In this document: positions 8,213 to 16,914 of the stretch, piece after piece
How the letters are laid out: the number at the start of each line of letters is the position of its first letter
Position numbering within the stretch: the stretch's first letter is position 1
NCBI GenBank assembly: GCA_944392135.1
Contig: CALXVQ010000001.1
Coordinates: 5,359-69,358, forward strand
Reading direction: 5' to 3'
Length of the DNA: 64,000 nucleotides
Source: an uncultured Rickettsiales bacterium
GTDB taxonomy: Bacteria > Pseudomonadota > Alphaproteobacteria > Rickettsiales > UBA1997
Translations under genes and position numbers: made by a program
Notes under the pieces: model-generated
Database searches by the model: none
Seen by the model: the letters and a program-made list of their open reading frames with translations, nothing else
Told to the model about the DNA's origin: nothing

Positions 8213-8875
8213 GGTGTGTGGATGTCGGTTCTCGCAGTGACGAGTTGGTGGGTAATTATCATAATGATGAGTTGGCATGTAGATCGTCACCATTCCGAGA
8301 TTGCCACAGCTTTTGCAAAGCCTCGCAATGACAGGCCAAGAATAAACAAGATTGCCACAGGCCTTCGGTCTTCACAATGACGAGTTTTGGTTGGGTATGG
8401 TAGTCGCCATATCAAGCTTGCCACGAGTTGCAAGCAACTCTCGCAATGACGAGTTGGTGTATACTGTCATTGCGAGCGAAGCGAAGCAATCCATAAATTT
8501 ATTGTAGTGTAGTTGTGAAGTTGGTTTTTGTTAGTCTTGGGTGTTGGATAGGGATATCTAACGCCACAAAGGGGTGCAAAAAAATGGTAAACTCAACCCC
8601 CCACTGACTTCGTCAGCACCCCCCTTACAAAGGGAGGCAAGCCCCACAAACCAATACTCACCACCCTTCGTCATTGCGAAGGCCAAAGGCCTGTGGCAAT
8701 CCATAAACCACAAAACCACCACAAAAAAACAGAAAAAAAAGAAATCACTATTATTTATCAAGTTAAAGAACTAATTTTTAATGAAATATTAATTTTCAAT
8801 TTTCAATTTTCAATTTCTCTCTCAATCCCCTTGTTGCTTTGCAACTTCCCCTCTTACAAATGGAGTCACTTGTCT
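8180..8875. repeat. intergenic array 2 of hairpin modules plus C-rich box and TTTTCAA heptamer tract
   Basis: Modules at about 8180, 8296, 8350, 8416, 8466 and 8668. C-rich box at 8594-8645, with a degenerate copy at about 8821-8870. (TTTTCAA)x3 at about 8795-8818. Confidence 0.9.
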
Positions 8876-9061
8876 TTGGCATTTGATGAGACATCAAACA
8901 CCACAAAAAAGCAAAAATTTATAAAAAAGTAGAAAATTCAAATTTTTTTATTAAAAATTTAAACATAGTATTTTCATACTCTCAAAGACATAAAAAATCA
9001 AAAAGTTAAAATAATTTTTAATTTTTTATTAAGCTATATATAAAAAGTAATATAAAAATAC

Positions 9062-9089
9062 TTGACAAGTGGAATAAATGTACTATATT
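9062..9089 (+). promoter_or_regulatory. candidate sigma70-type promoter for the RM-like operon
   Basis: TTGACA (9062-9067), 16-nt spacer, TATATT (9084-9089), about 150 nt upstream of 9241. Confidence 0.4.
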
Positions 9090-9240
9090 ATATTTATATA
9101 AATAAAAACAATAAAAGTGATTGTTTATAATATGGCAAAATATTTTTTACTCGCAGTATACAAGATATACTAAAAGTTAAAAAATATTAGTCAAGATATG
9201 GGGGCATCTTTAATAATTTTATTAATGAAGTATAAATTAT

Positions 9241-10908
9241 ATGAGTAATGATTTTTATAAATTAAGAATTTTTCTTTTTAAAGATGATGTTGAGAATTTA
9301 AATGAATGTTTTAATATAGATAAAATAAAAGATAAACAAAATTATAAAGAATTAAAATTTGAAAATGATATTGAAGCAAAAGGATATATTTGGAATAATA
9401 TATCTGCTGATGATAATAAACCAAAATGGTTTAATATTATAGATTTTTTTGATGATGATAATTCAAATCAAATTAATACTTTAAAAAATACAATACATTC
9501 AATTTTTGTATTAAAAGTTCAAAATAGAATATTTGGATTTAATTTTGGACAAGGATATTGGGCTTTTAATGATGAAAAAATAGAAACTGATTTTGGTTTA
9601 AGGATTCTTTTAAATATTGTTGATAAATTTAATCATCTATCATCTCTATCTATAGATGAAAATATAATAAATAAAAAAATAGATGCAAATAAATCAAATG
9701 AACTTAATGTTTTTACACCAAATAAAGATATGGATATAGTAAAGTCATTTATTGGAACAGTTAAGGAAGAATATAAAAATATTTTTTCAGAAAAAATTAG
9801 TGCAACTATAAATTCAATATTAATTAATTATAATATTGAAAATGCCAAAGATGATTTAATAAAATTATGTTTAAATTTAATAAAAATTAATTCTATAAAA
9901 GATTATGAAAAAAATATAAAATATCAATGGATTATTAATAAAAGATTAGAAAAAGATCAAGTTATATTAAATAATATAAATCAAATAATTATTGACGATT
10001 TAAAGAATAAAAATGATAACTTACAATTAAATTTATTTGATTTATCTTTTGAAAATTCATCAACATCTTATTTTAAGTATGCATTAAACGATCATACTAA
10101 ACATAAAAATTTAAAAGAATTTAATGATTTATCTATAAATGATTATTATGCTGAAATTTCAAAAAGAGGTGTTACTATTAATAATTTAGAAGATTTAAAA
10201 CATCATTTCATTTTGGATCAAAACAATGAAATACTTGCTAGTATTTATAATTCTTTGATTGCAGAAGTCAATTTTAAAAATTCAATTTATATATTATATC
10301 AAGGCAAGATTTTTAAAATATCTACTGATTATAAAAATGAAATAGATAATTTTTTTCAAACTTTGATTAATGACTCTCAAGATATAAAACTACCAGATTA
10401 TAATTCACAAAATGAACATGAATATAATGAAATTATAAGTAATAATTATGGTTATGTATGTTTAGATGCAAAGAATGTTACAATAAGAGATAGTGATAAA
10501 TTTGAAATTTGTGATGTTTTATCAAATAAAAAAGAATTTTTTTGTATTAAACATAAAAATTATTCATCAACATTAAGTCATCTTTTTAACCAAGCTCTAA
10601 ATTCTATAAAAATATTAAGAAATGATAAAAAGATAAGAGAAAAAGCAAATGATCAAATAAAAAAAGAACTGAATAAAAAATCAAAATATTTTAATATAAA
10701 TGAAGATTTTTCTGATTATCAAATTACTGATGATTCTTTAAAAGATTCTACTATTGTATTTGCTGTAATAGATAAAGAAACCAATAAAAGAAAATTACCA
10801 TTTTTTAGTGTAATTTCCTTAAAACAAGCAGTTGATTTATTATATGAAAAGGGATATAAAGTAAAATTTTGTTGGATTAATAATAATAGTTTAAAAAATG
10901 AAAAATAA
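9241..10908 (+). CDS. TIGR04141/DUF6119-like protein with a putative PD-(D/E)xK-type nuclease motif
   Basis: Family-like landmarks recalled from memory: N-terminal YKLRIFLFKDD, KPKWFNIIDFF, FGFNFGQGYWAFNDEKIETDFGLRILLN, and C-terminal LDAKNV...FEICDVLSNKKEFFCIKHK..STLSHLFNQALNS...LPFFSVISL. Overlaps hsdS by 11 nt. Confidence 0.5.
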   Translation: MSNDFYKLRIFLFKDDVENLNECFNIDKIKDKQNYKELKFENDIEAKGYIWNNISADDNKPKWFNIIDFFDDDNSNQINTLKNTIHSIFVLKVQNRIFGFNFGQGYWAFNDEKIETDFGLRILLNIVDKFNHLSSLSIDENIINKKIDANKSNELNVFTPNKDMDIVKSFIGTVKEEYKNIFSEKISATINSILINYNIENAKDDLIKLCLNLIKINSIKDYEKNIKYQWIINKRLEKDQVILNNINQIIIDDLKNKNDNLQLNLFDLSFENSSTSYFKYALNDHTKHKNLKEFNDLSINDYYAEISKRGVTINNLEDLKHHFILDQNNEILASIYNSLIAEVNFKNSIYILYQGKIFKISTDYKNEIDNFFQTLINDSQDIKLPDYNSQNEHEYNEIISNNYGYVCLDAKNVTIRDSDKFEICDVLSNKKEFFCIKHKNYSSTLSHLFNQALNSIKILRNDKKIREKANDQIKKELNKKSKYFNINEDFSDYQITDDSLKDSTIVFAVIDKETNKRKLPFFSVISLKQAVDLLYEKGYKVKFCWINNNSLKNEK

Positions 10909-12025
10909 TTGGGAAATAAAAAAACTTAAAGAATTAGGAGCTATTTTTTTAGGTGGGACACCAAATACATCTAAAAAAGAGTATTGGAATGGTGATATTA
11001 ATTGGCTTACACCATCTGAAGTTTCAAAATTAAAAAGTAAGTTTATTTTTTCTACAGAAAAAACAATTACAGAGTTAGGACTAAAAAATAGTTCTGCAAA
11101 AATTTTGCCAAAAAATTCTTTAATTGTTTGTACAAGGGCAACTATTGGGGATCTGTGTATAAATAAAATAGACATGTGTACCAATCAAGGTTTTAAAAGT
11201 ATAATTGTAAATAAAAATAATAATGTAATTTTTCTTTATTTTTTGCTTTTATTTAATAGAAGAAAAATTATAGAAAAAGCTAGTGGTAGTACATTTTTAG
11301 AAATATCAAAATTTGATTTTGAAAATTTGTCTTTTCCCATCCCCCCACTGGAAGAGCAAGAGAAAATTGTATCAATTCTTTCAAAGCAAGATGAGGTGAT
11401 TGAGAAGCTTGAGAAGTTGATTGAGTTGAAGGTTAGGCAGAAGAAGGGCTTGATGCAACGACTTTTAAGTGGTAAGTTAAGGCTAAAAGGTTTTAGTGGT
11501 GATTGGAAGGAAAATATTATGCAAAGTATAATATTGATTTTTAAAAAAACAAAACATAATTCTTCTGATGGCAAAAACAATGGAAAATATCCGTTTTTTA
11601 TAAATAATTCTGAAAGTTTCTTAAAATTTTTAGATGAATTTGATTATGATGCTGAATGTATAATAGCTAATACAGGTGGAAATGCTTTTTTTGATTATTA
11701 TAATGGTAAATTTTCTGCTAGTAGTGATTGTTTTATATTTTCATCTAAAATTAATACATTATTTTTATATTATTTTTTAAAATCAATTGAAAAAACTGTA
11801 AATATAGTAGGTTTTGCTGGTTCTGGAATAAAACATTTAAATAAAAAATGGTTTTATAAATTAAAAATACTAATCCCACCAACAATAGAAGAGCAATCGG
11901 CTATTGCTTCAATTCTTTCGAAGTGTGATGAGGAAATTGAGTTGTTGAAGAAGAAGTTGGGGTTGTATAGGGGGCAAAAAAAGTGGCTTATGGAAAAGCT
12001 GTTGAGTGGTGAAATAAGGGTTTAG
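10898..12025 (+). CDS. hsdS: type I restriction-modification specificity subunit HsdS
   Basis: Two target-recognition domains, each followed by the conserved coiled arm. The arms are PPLEEQEKIVSILSKQDEVIEKLEKLIELKVRQKKGLMQRLLSGKLRL and PPTIEEQSAIASILSKCDEEIELLKKKLGLYRGQKKWLMEKLLSGEIRV. N-terminal GGTPNTSKKEYWNGDINWLTPSEV. Confidence 0.88.
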   Translation: MKNNWEIKKLKELGAIFLGGTPNTSKKEYWNGDINWLTPSEVSKLKSKFIFSTEKTITELGLKNSSAKILPKNSLIVCTRATIGDLCINKIDMCTNQGFKSIIVNKNNNVIFLYFLLLFNRRKIIEKASGSTFLEISKFDFENLSFPIPPLEEQEKIVSILSKQDEVIEKLEKLIELKVRQKKGLMQRLLSGKLRLKGFSGDWKENIMQSIILIFKKTKHNSSDGKNNGKYPFFINNSESFLKFLDEFDYDAECIIANTGGNAFFDYYNGKFSASSDCFIFSSKINTLFLYYFLKSIEKTVNIVGFAGSGIKHLNKKWFYKLKILIPPTIEEQSAIASILSKCDEEIELLKKKLGLYRGQKKWLMEKLLSGEIRV

Positions 12026-12028
12026 GCA

Positions 12029-12973
12029 ATGGAAACTAATGTTTATTTTTGTAAGAAAAATGGTATACTTTTGATGGCATATCAAAATGGTAAAAATCAA
12101 AATATATTTTTGCGAGTTAGTCGTGCTGATTATGCTCCATTTATAGAAACTTGTTTAATATGTGATAATAGTTATGATATTGAAAAAGTTATTACAAATT
12201 GTTATGAATATCCTATAATGGAAAAAAAATATATGAAAATTGGTGTTAAATATAAACATATTTGGAAACCTTTTATAATTAATAATGTCGAAAATGAACT
12301 TGAATTTACAATTTCTGAAGCATATCGTGCAAAAAGGGATTTGCAGATTCTTATAGAGAAAATGCAGGAGTTGCTTTTGTTTGTTGAACCAAGTAATGAA
12401 GGTTTAAAATCTTATAGTCATAAAGCAAGGGAATTATTGTTTTTGGCTTGTTCTGATTTTGAATCGATGTTAAAAAAATATAATTTTGGTAAAAATGAAA
12501 GAATGAATGATTATATTGAAATAATGAAATATATTGATTTGTCTAAATTTAAAATACAGCTTGTTGGTTATAGTAAATCGTATAAATGTTCTCCTTTTGA
12601 AAATTGGAATGTGAAAGATCCATCTAAATCATTATCTTGGTATTATGCTTATAATCAATTAAAACATAATATAGATAAAAATTTTCATTTGGCAACATTG
12701 GAAAATTGTATTAATGCAATAAGTGCAAATATAATATTATTTACAATTAGATATTCTACGAATTATATATATGCAAAAGATGATACTTGTTCAAGTTTGA
12801 TTAGGGGTTCATTTGATTATAGAATAGAAAATTCTATGGATTTTTATATACCTATTTTTGAAGGTGAAAGAAGTTATAGTGGGGCATTTGGGAATAGCTA
12901 TAAATTTTATAATGGTGAAGTGGTATCAAATATTTATGATATTGTAAAACCATTGTCATTTGTGGAAATATAA
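12029..12973 (+). CDS. hypothetical protein inserted between hsdS and hsdR
   Basis: 314-aa ORF, 3 nt after hsdS and 16 nt before hsdR. Predicted helical C-terminal half with SWYYAYNQLKHNIDKNFHLATLENCINAISANIILF. No family recognised with confidence. The true start may be the internal MAYQNG. Confidence 0.5.
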   Translation: METNVYFCKKNGILLMAYQNGKNQNIFLRVSRADYAPFIETCLICDNSYDIEKVITNCYEYPIMEKKYMKIGVKYKHIWKPFIINNVENELEFTISEAYRAKRDLQILIEKMQELLLFVEPSNEGLKSYSHKARELLFLACSDFESMLKKYNFGKNERMNDYIEIMKYIDLSKFKIQLVGYSKSYKCSPFENWNVKDPSKSLSWYYAYNQLKHNIDKNFHLATLENCINAISANIILFTIRYSTNYIYAKDDTCSSLIRGSFDYRIENSMDFYIPIFEGERSYSGAFGNSYKFYNGEVVSNIYDIVKPLSFVEI

Positions 12974-12989
12974 ACAATTAAGGTAAAAT

Positions 12990-15900
12990 ATGGTGAAATA
13001 TAGTGATTTTATTGAAAAAATTTCTTCTCAACAACCGGCGATTAAGTTGTTGGAAAATATGGGGTATAAGTATATGTCTCCGTTTGAGGCTTTTGAGCAA
13101 AGGGGGGATTATAGAAATGTTGTTTTGAAGGATGATTTGAGGGAATTTTTGCAAAGGCAAAGGTTTGAGTATGATGGTAAGGAAAGTGCTTTTTCGCAGG
13201 CTAATATAAATAATGCTATTAAGGATGTGGATGTGTCGTTGAATAATGGGTTGGCACAGGCATCGCAGGATGTTTATGATATGTTGTTGTATGGTAAAAG
13301 CTATAATGAAATATTGGCTGATGGTTCTATAAAATCGTTTAATTTGAAATATGTGGATTGGGAGAATATAAATAATAATATTTTTAGGGTTGTTGATGAA
13401 TTTACTGTTTCTAATATTGATACAAGAGAAAATAAAAGGCCGGATATTGTTGTTTTTGTGAATGGTTTGCCTTGGGTTGTTATTGAATGTAAAAGATCAT
13501 CTGTTGATGTTGGTATGGGGGTTAGACAAAATTATGAAAATTTTTCTGTGATTCCGCAGTTGTTTAAGCTTGCACAAATAGTTTTGGCTTTGAATCCTAA
13601 TGAGGTTAAGTATGGAACTTGTGGAACTGGTAGGGAGTATTTTGTTAATTGGAAGGAAGAGTTTGATGGTTGGCTTGAAGAAAAATGTAAAGAGTATGTA
13701 GTTGATAGGAGTGTTAGGGAACAAGATAGGGTTTTGATTTCTTTGCTGTCAAAGGAAAGATTGTTTTTAATTGTGAAAAATTATATTTTGTATGATTATG
13801 GAATAAAGAAAATAGCAAGATATCAGCAGTTTTTTGCATGTGAAAAAACAATAAAAAAAGTTAAAAGTGGAAAGGGTGGATTTATATGGCATACACAGGG
13901 TAGTGGTAAGTCTTTAACTATGGTTATGCTTGTAAAAAGGATTAAAGAAGAATCTATTAAAAATGATTGTTTTTTTAAGAATCCAAGGTTTTTGATGGTT
14001 TGTGATAGGCTTGAATTGGATGAGCAATTGATGAATAATTTTGCTAAAACAGGTATGCGACCTAATAGGGCTACGACTGGAAATAATTTAGTAAGTTTGA
14101 TAAAAGATGAAGGTAAAACTATTATTACTACTGTTATTCATAAATTTGAAACGGCACAAAGTAAATTGCAACCTATAAATGGTAAAAATATATTTATATT
14201 TGTTGATGAATGTCATAGGACTCAGTCAGGAAATTTTCATAATTATATGAGAGATATATTGCCTAATGCTATTAAGATAGGTTTTACAGGAACTCCAATT
14301 TTTAAAAAGGAAAAGAAACAAACACATAGAATTTTTGGTGATCTTATTGATTCTTATACAATTCTTGAAGCAGAAAAGGATAAAGTTATTGTTCCATTAA
14401 ATTATGAAGGAAGGATAATTCCACAAAAAATAGCTGATGATAATACTATTAATAAATGTTTTGAACAAATATGTTTTAATGTGAGTGATGAAGAAAAGGA
14501 GAAGTTAAAAACAAAATGGAGTAGTTTGACAAAAATAATGCAAGTGGATTCAAGATTGCAAATAATAGCTTTTGCTATTGCTAAACATTTTGCTAGTTTT
14601 AAAAATGAGATGGTGAAAGCTATGGTTACTGAAAGTTCAAGAGTTAATGCTATTAAGTTGCATAGATTTTTAAGAGATAATGGTATAAGAAGTAAAGTTG
14701 TTATTTCACCGAATACACTTAAAGCAGAAGGAATTGAAGAAGCTAGTGATTATGATTTAAAATATATTGAAGATTTTTTTAAGGAAGAAGTGGAAAGGGA
14801 TTTTGGAAAGAATTATGAAAAATATGAAAGATATGTTAGAAGTAATTTTATTGATTCAGAAGGTTGTGTTGATGTAATTGTAGCAAAAGATAAATTATTG
14901 ACAGGTTTTGATGCTCCAATAGCAAAAATATTATATATAGATAAACCTTTAAGGGATCATAATTTATTGCAAGCAATAGCAAGGGTGAATAGAATTTATA
15001 CTGGAAAAGAGTATGGGCAAATTATTGATTTTTATGGTGTTTTTGGGAATTTAAAGTCGGCCATTGATATTTATTCTAATGCAGAATATGGACTTGGTAA
15101 GTTTGATGAAAATGATATAAAAGGAACATTATTAATAAAAGATGATTTAATTAGAGAATTAAGACTTAATTATGAAAATTTAATATCTATTTTTAGTGAT
15201 TTTGATATTCATGATAAAAATGTAGATATAGAAGTTTTAGAGGATTATTTAAAAGATTCTAGTGAAGATAAAGAAATTGGAAAAATATCGGATAAAAGAA
15301 AAGATTTTTATGATAAACTAAATAAATTTTCATTATCTTTGGAATGTGTATTAAGAAATTATGAAGCTTATAAGTCTCTTGAAGAAGAAGAGATTAAAAA
15401 GTATAAAGAAGATTTAAAATTTTTTCAAGCATTAAAAAGTTCTATAAAAATTAGATATGGTGATGATTCAAAAATTGATTTTTCACTAGAAGATAAACAA
15501 ATAAAAAGATTATTAAATTCATATCTTAGTTCTGAAATGGATAAAATTATTGTTAATAATTTTAAAATTACAGATAAAGAAGCTATGGAAAGAGAATTGG
15601 CAAAAATGTCGGGAAATAAAAGTAAAGCTGATGCAATAGCTACTCGTATGGATGCACTAATTAAGGAAGAATTTTTTAAAGATCCATTGTTGTATAAAAA
15701 TTTTACTGATAAAATTAAAGAAACTATTGAAGAATATGAAAATGAAAGAAGAGATGAAGATTATTTTCTTGCTATGCAAAAAATAGCAGAAGATTATAGG
15801 GAAGGTTTTACAGGAAATAAATATCCAGAAAATATAGAAAATGATGCAAATTCAAAATCATTCTATGGTTGTTTGAAAATATCTATAGATGAAAAAAGGA

Positions 15901-16157
15901 ATATTATAGAAAATAGTGAGTTTGATTTAGAACTTGGTAATTTATCAATTAAAATAAAAGAATTGTATAAAGATAAAATTAAACCAAATTGGGAGAATAA
16001 TATGGTAATAAGGCAAAGTATTAATAGAGAAATTGATAAATTTTTATTTAAATTAATGGATGATTTCCATATTGATTTAAGTGATGATGATTTAGATAAA
16101 ATTGAAGAAAATATTTTTAAAACAGCTGTAAAAAGATATGAATACAAACTTATTTGA
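12990..16157 (+). CDS. hsdR: type I restriction endonuclease subunit HsdR
   Basis: HSDR_N nuclease motif RPDIVVFVNGLPWVVIECKRS. Helicase motif I HTQGSGKSLTM and DEAH-type motif II FVDECHRTQ. Later motifs FTGTP and LLTGFDAP...QAIARVNR. 1055 aa. Confidence 0.92.
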   Translation: MVKYSDFIEKISSQQPAIKLLENMGYKYMSPFEAFEQRGDYRNVVLKDDLREFLQRQRFEYDGKESAFSQANINNAIKDVDVSLNNGLAQASQDVYDMLLYGKSYNEILADGSIKSFNLKYVDWENINNNIFRVVDEFTVSNIDTRENKRPDIVVFVNGLPWVVIECKRSSVDVGMGVRQNYENFSVIPQLFKLAQIVLALNPNEVKYGTCGTGREYFVNWKEEFDGWLEEKCKEYVVDRSVREQDRVLISLLSKERLFLIVKNYILYDYGIKKIARYQQFFACEKTIKKVKSGKGGFIWHTQGSGKSLTMVMLVKRIKEESIKNDCFFKNPRFLMVCDRLELDEQLMNNFAKTGMRPNRATTGNNLVSLIKDEGKTIITTVIHKFETAQSKLQPINGKNIFIFVDECHRTQSGNFHNYMRDILPNAIKIGFTGTPIFKKEKKQTHRIFGDLIDSYTILEAEKDKVIVPLNYEGRIIPQKIADDNTINKCFEQICFNVSDEEKEKLKTKWSSLTKIMQVDSRLQIIAFAIAKHFASFKNEMVKAMVTESSRVNAIKLHRFLRDNGIRSKVVISPNTLKAEGIEEASDYDLKYIEDFFKEEVERDFGKNYEKYERYVRSNFIDSEGCVDVIVAKDKLLTGFDAPIAKILYIDKPLRDHNLLQAIARVNRIYTGKEYGQIIDFYGVFGNLKSAIDIYSNAEYGLGKFDENDIKGTLLIKDDLIRELRLNYENLISIFSDFDIHDKNVDIEVLEDYLKDSSEDKEIGKISDKRKDFYDKLNKFSLSLECVLRNYEAYKSLEEEEIKKYKEDLKFFQALKSSIKIRYGDDSKIDFSLEDKQIKRLLNSYLSSEMDKIIVNNFKITDKEAMERELAKMSGNKSKADAIATRMDALIKEEFFKDPLLYKNFTDKIKETIEEYENERRDEDYFLAMQKIAEDYREGFTGNKYPENIENDANSKSFYGCLKISIDEKRNIIENSEFDLELGNLSIKIKELYKDKIKPNWENNMVIRQSINREIDKFLFKLMDDFHIDLSDDDLDKIEENIFKTAVKRYEYKLI

Positions 16158-16836
16158 AAAATATAATATAATACTTATTAGAAAAGATATAAAAAATTTT
16201 ATTTTAAGAATAAAAAATAATCTTGAAATATCTTTATCTGTTCCATTATCGGCAACAGATGAAGATATTGATAAATTTTTAAGTAATAAAGAATATTGGA
16301 TTCAAAAAGAAATAAATAAATTCAATTCTGTAAGACAATATGATAAAATAAATTTATTTTGTGAAGGTGGAGAAGTTAGAATTTTAGGAAGGCAATATAG
16401 AATTTCTGTAAAAATAAGTGAAAAAAATAATATTTTTATTTATGACAATCAATTAATTATAGAAACAAATGATATAGATAATATTAAAAAGCAATACGAA
16501 AATTATTACAAAAAAGAAGCAATAAAATGTTTTAATGAGAGACTGAATCATCAATATAATATTGTAGGAAAATATGGTATTGAAAAACCAAATATAAAAA
16601 TTAAAAAAATGAAAAATATTTGGGGGTCATATACAAAAAGAACAAATACAATTTTATTAAATTACTATTTATATACTGCACCAATATATTGTATTGATTA
16701 TGTAATTTTACATGAATTAACACATACAAAATATTATAATCATAGTGAAGATTTTTATTTATTTTTAACTTTTTATATGCCTGATTGGAAAGTTAGAAAA
16801 AAAGAATTGGATTATAATTATTCTAGGTATTTATAA
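16138..16836 (+). CDS. DUF45/YgjP-like (M48-type) zinc metallopeptidase
   Basis: HELTHTKYYNHSEDFY (HExxH followed by NHS..F). Start overlaps the hsdR stop by 20 nt. This family is commonly linked to hsdR genes. Confidence 0.78.
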   Translation: MNTNLFEKYNIILIRKDIKNFILRIKNNLEISLSVPLSATDEDIDKFLSNKEYWIQKEINKFNSVRQYDKINLFCEGGEVRILGRQYRISVKISEKNNIFIYDNQLIIETNDIDNIKKQYENYYKKEAIKCFNERLNHQYNIVGKYGIEKPNIKIKKMKNIWGSYTKRTNTILLNYYLYTAPIYCIDYVILHELTHTKYYNHSEDFYLFLTFYMPDWKVRKKELDYNYSRYL

Positions 16837-16914
16837 GATAACATCATAAAGTAATAAATAAATTATCTATTAATAAAATTAGAAAATTTTAATATATAAT
16901 AATAAATAATTCAC

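Noticed and set aside
6725-8932. ORFs 6725..6925, 7195..7377, 8183..8380, 8558..8761, 8574..8774 and 8693..8932 inside repeat arrays
   Set aside because: They are read-through translations of the hairpin modules (recurrent peptides LLRRFTPRND, HCEQSEAIHK, IATAFAKPRND). The frames are not conserved between copies and there are no RBS sites.
8940-9240. Possible hsdM remnant upstream of the RM-like operon
   Set aside because: The 300-nt stretch is plain AT-rich intergenic DNA with a promoter-like element. No frame shows methyltransferase-like residues.
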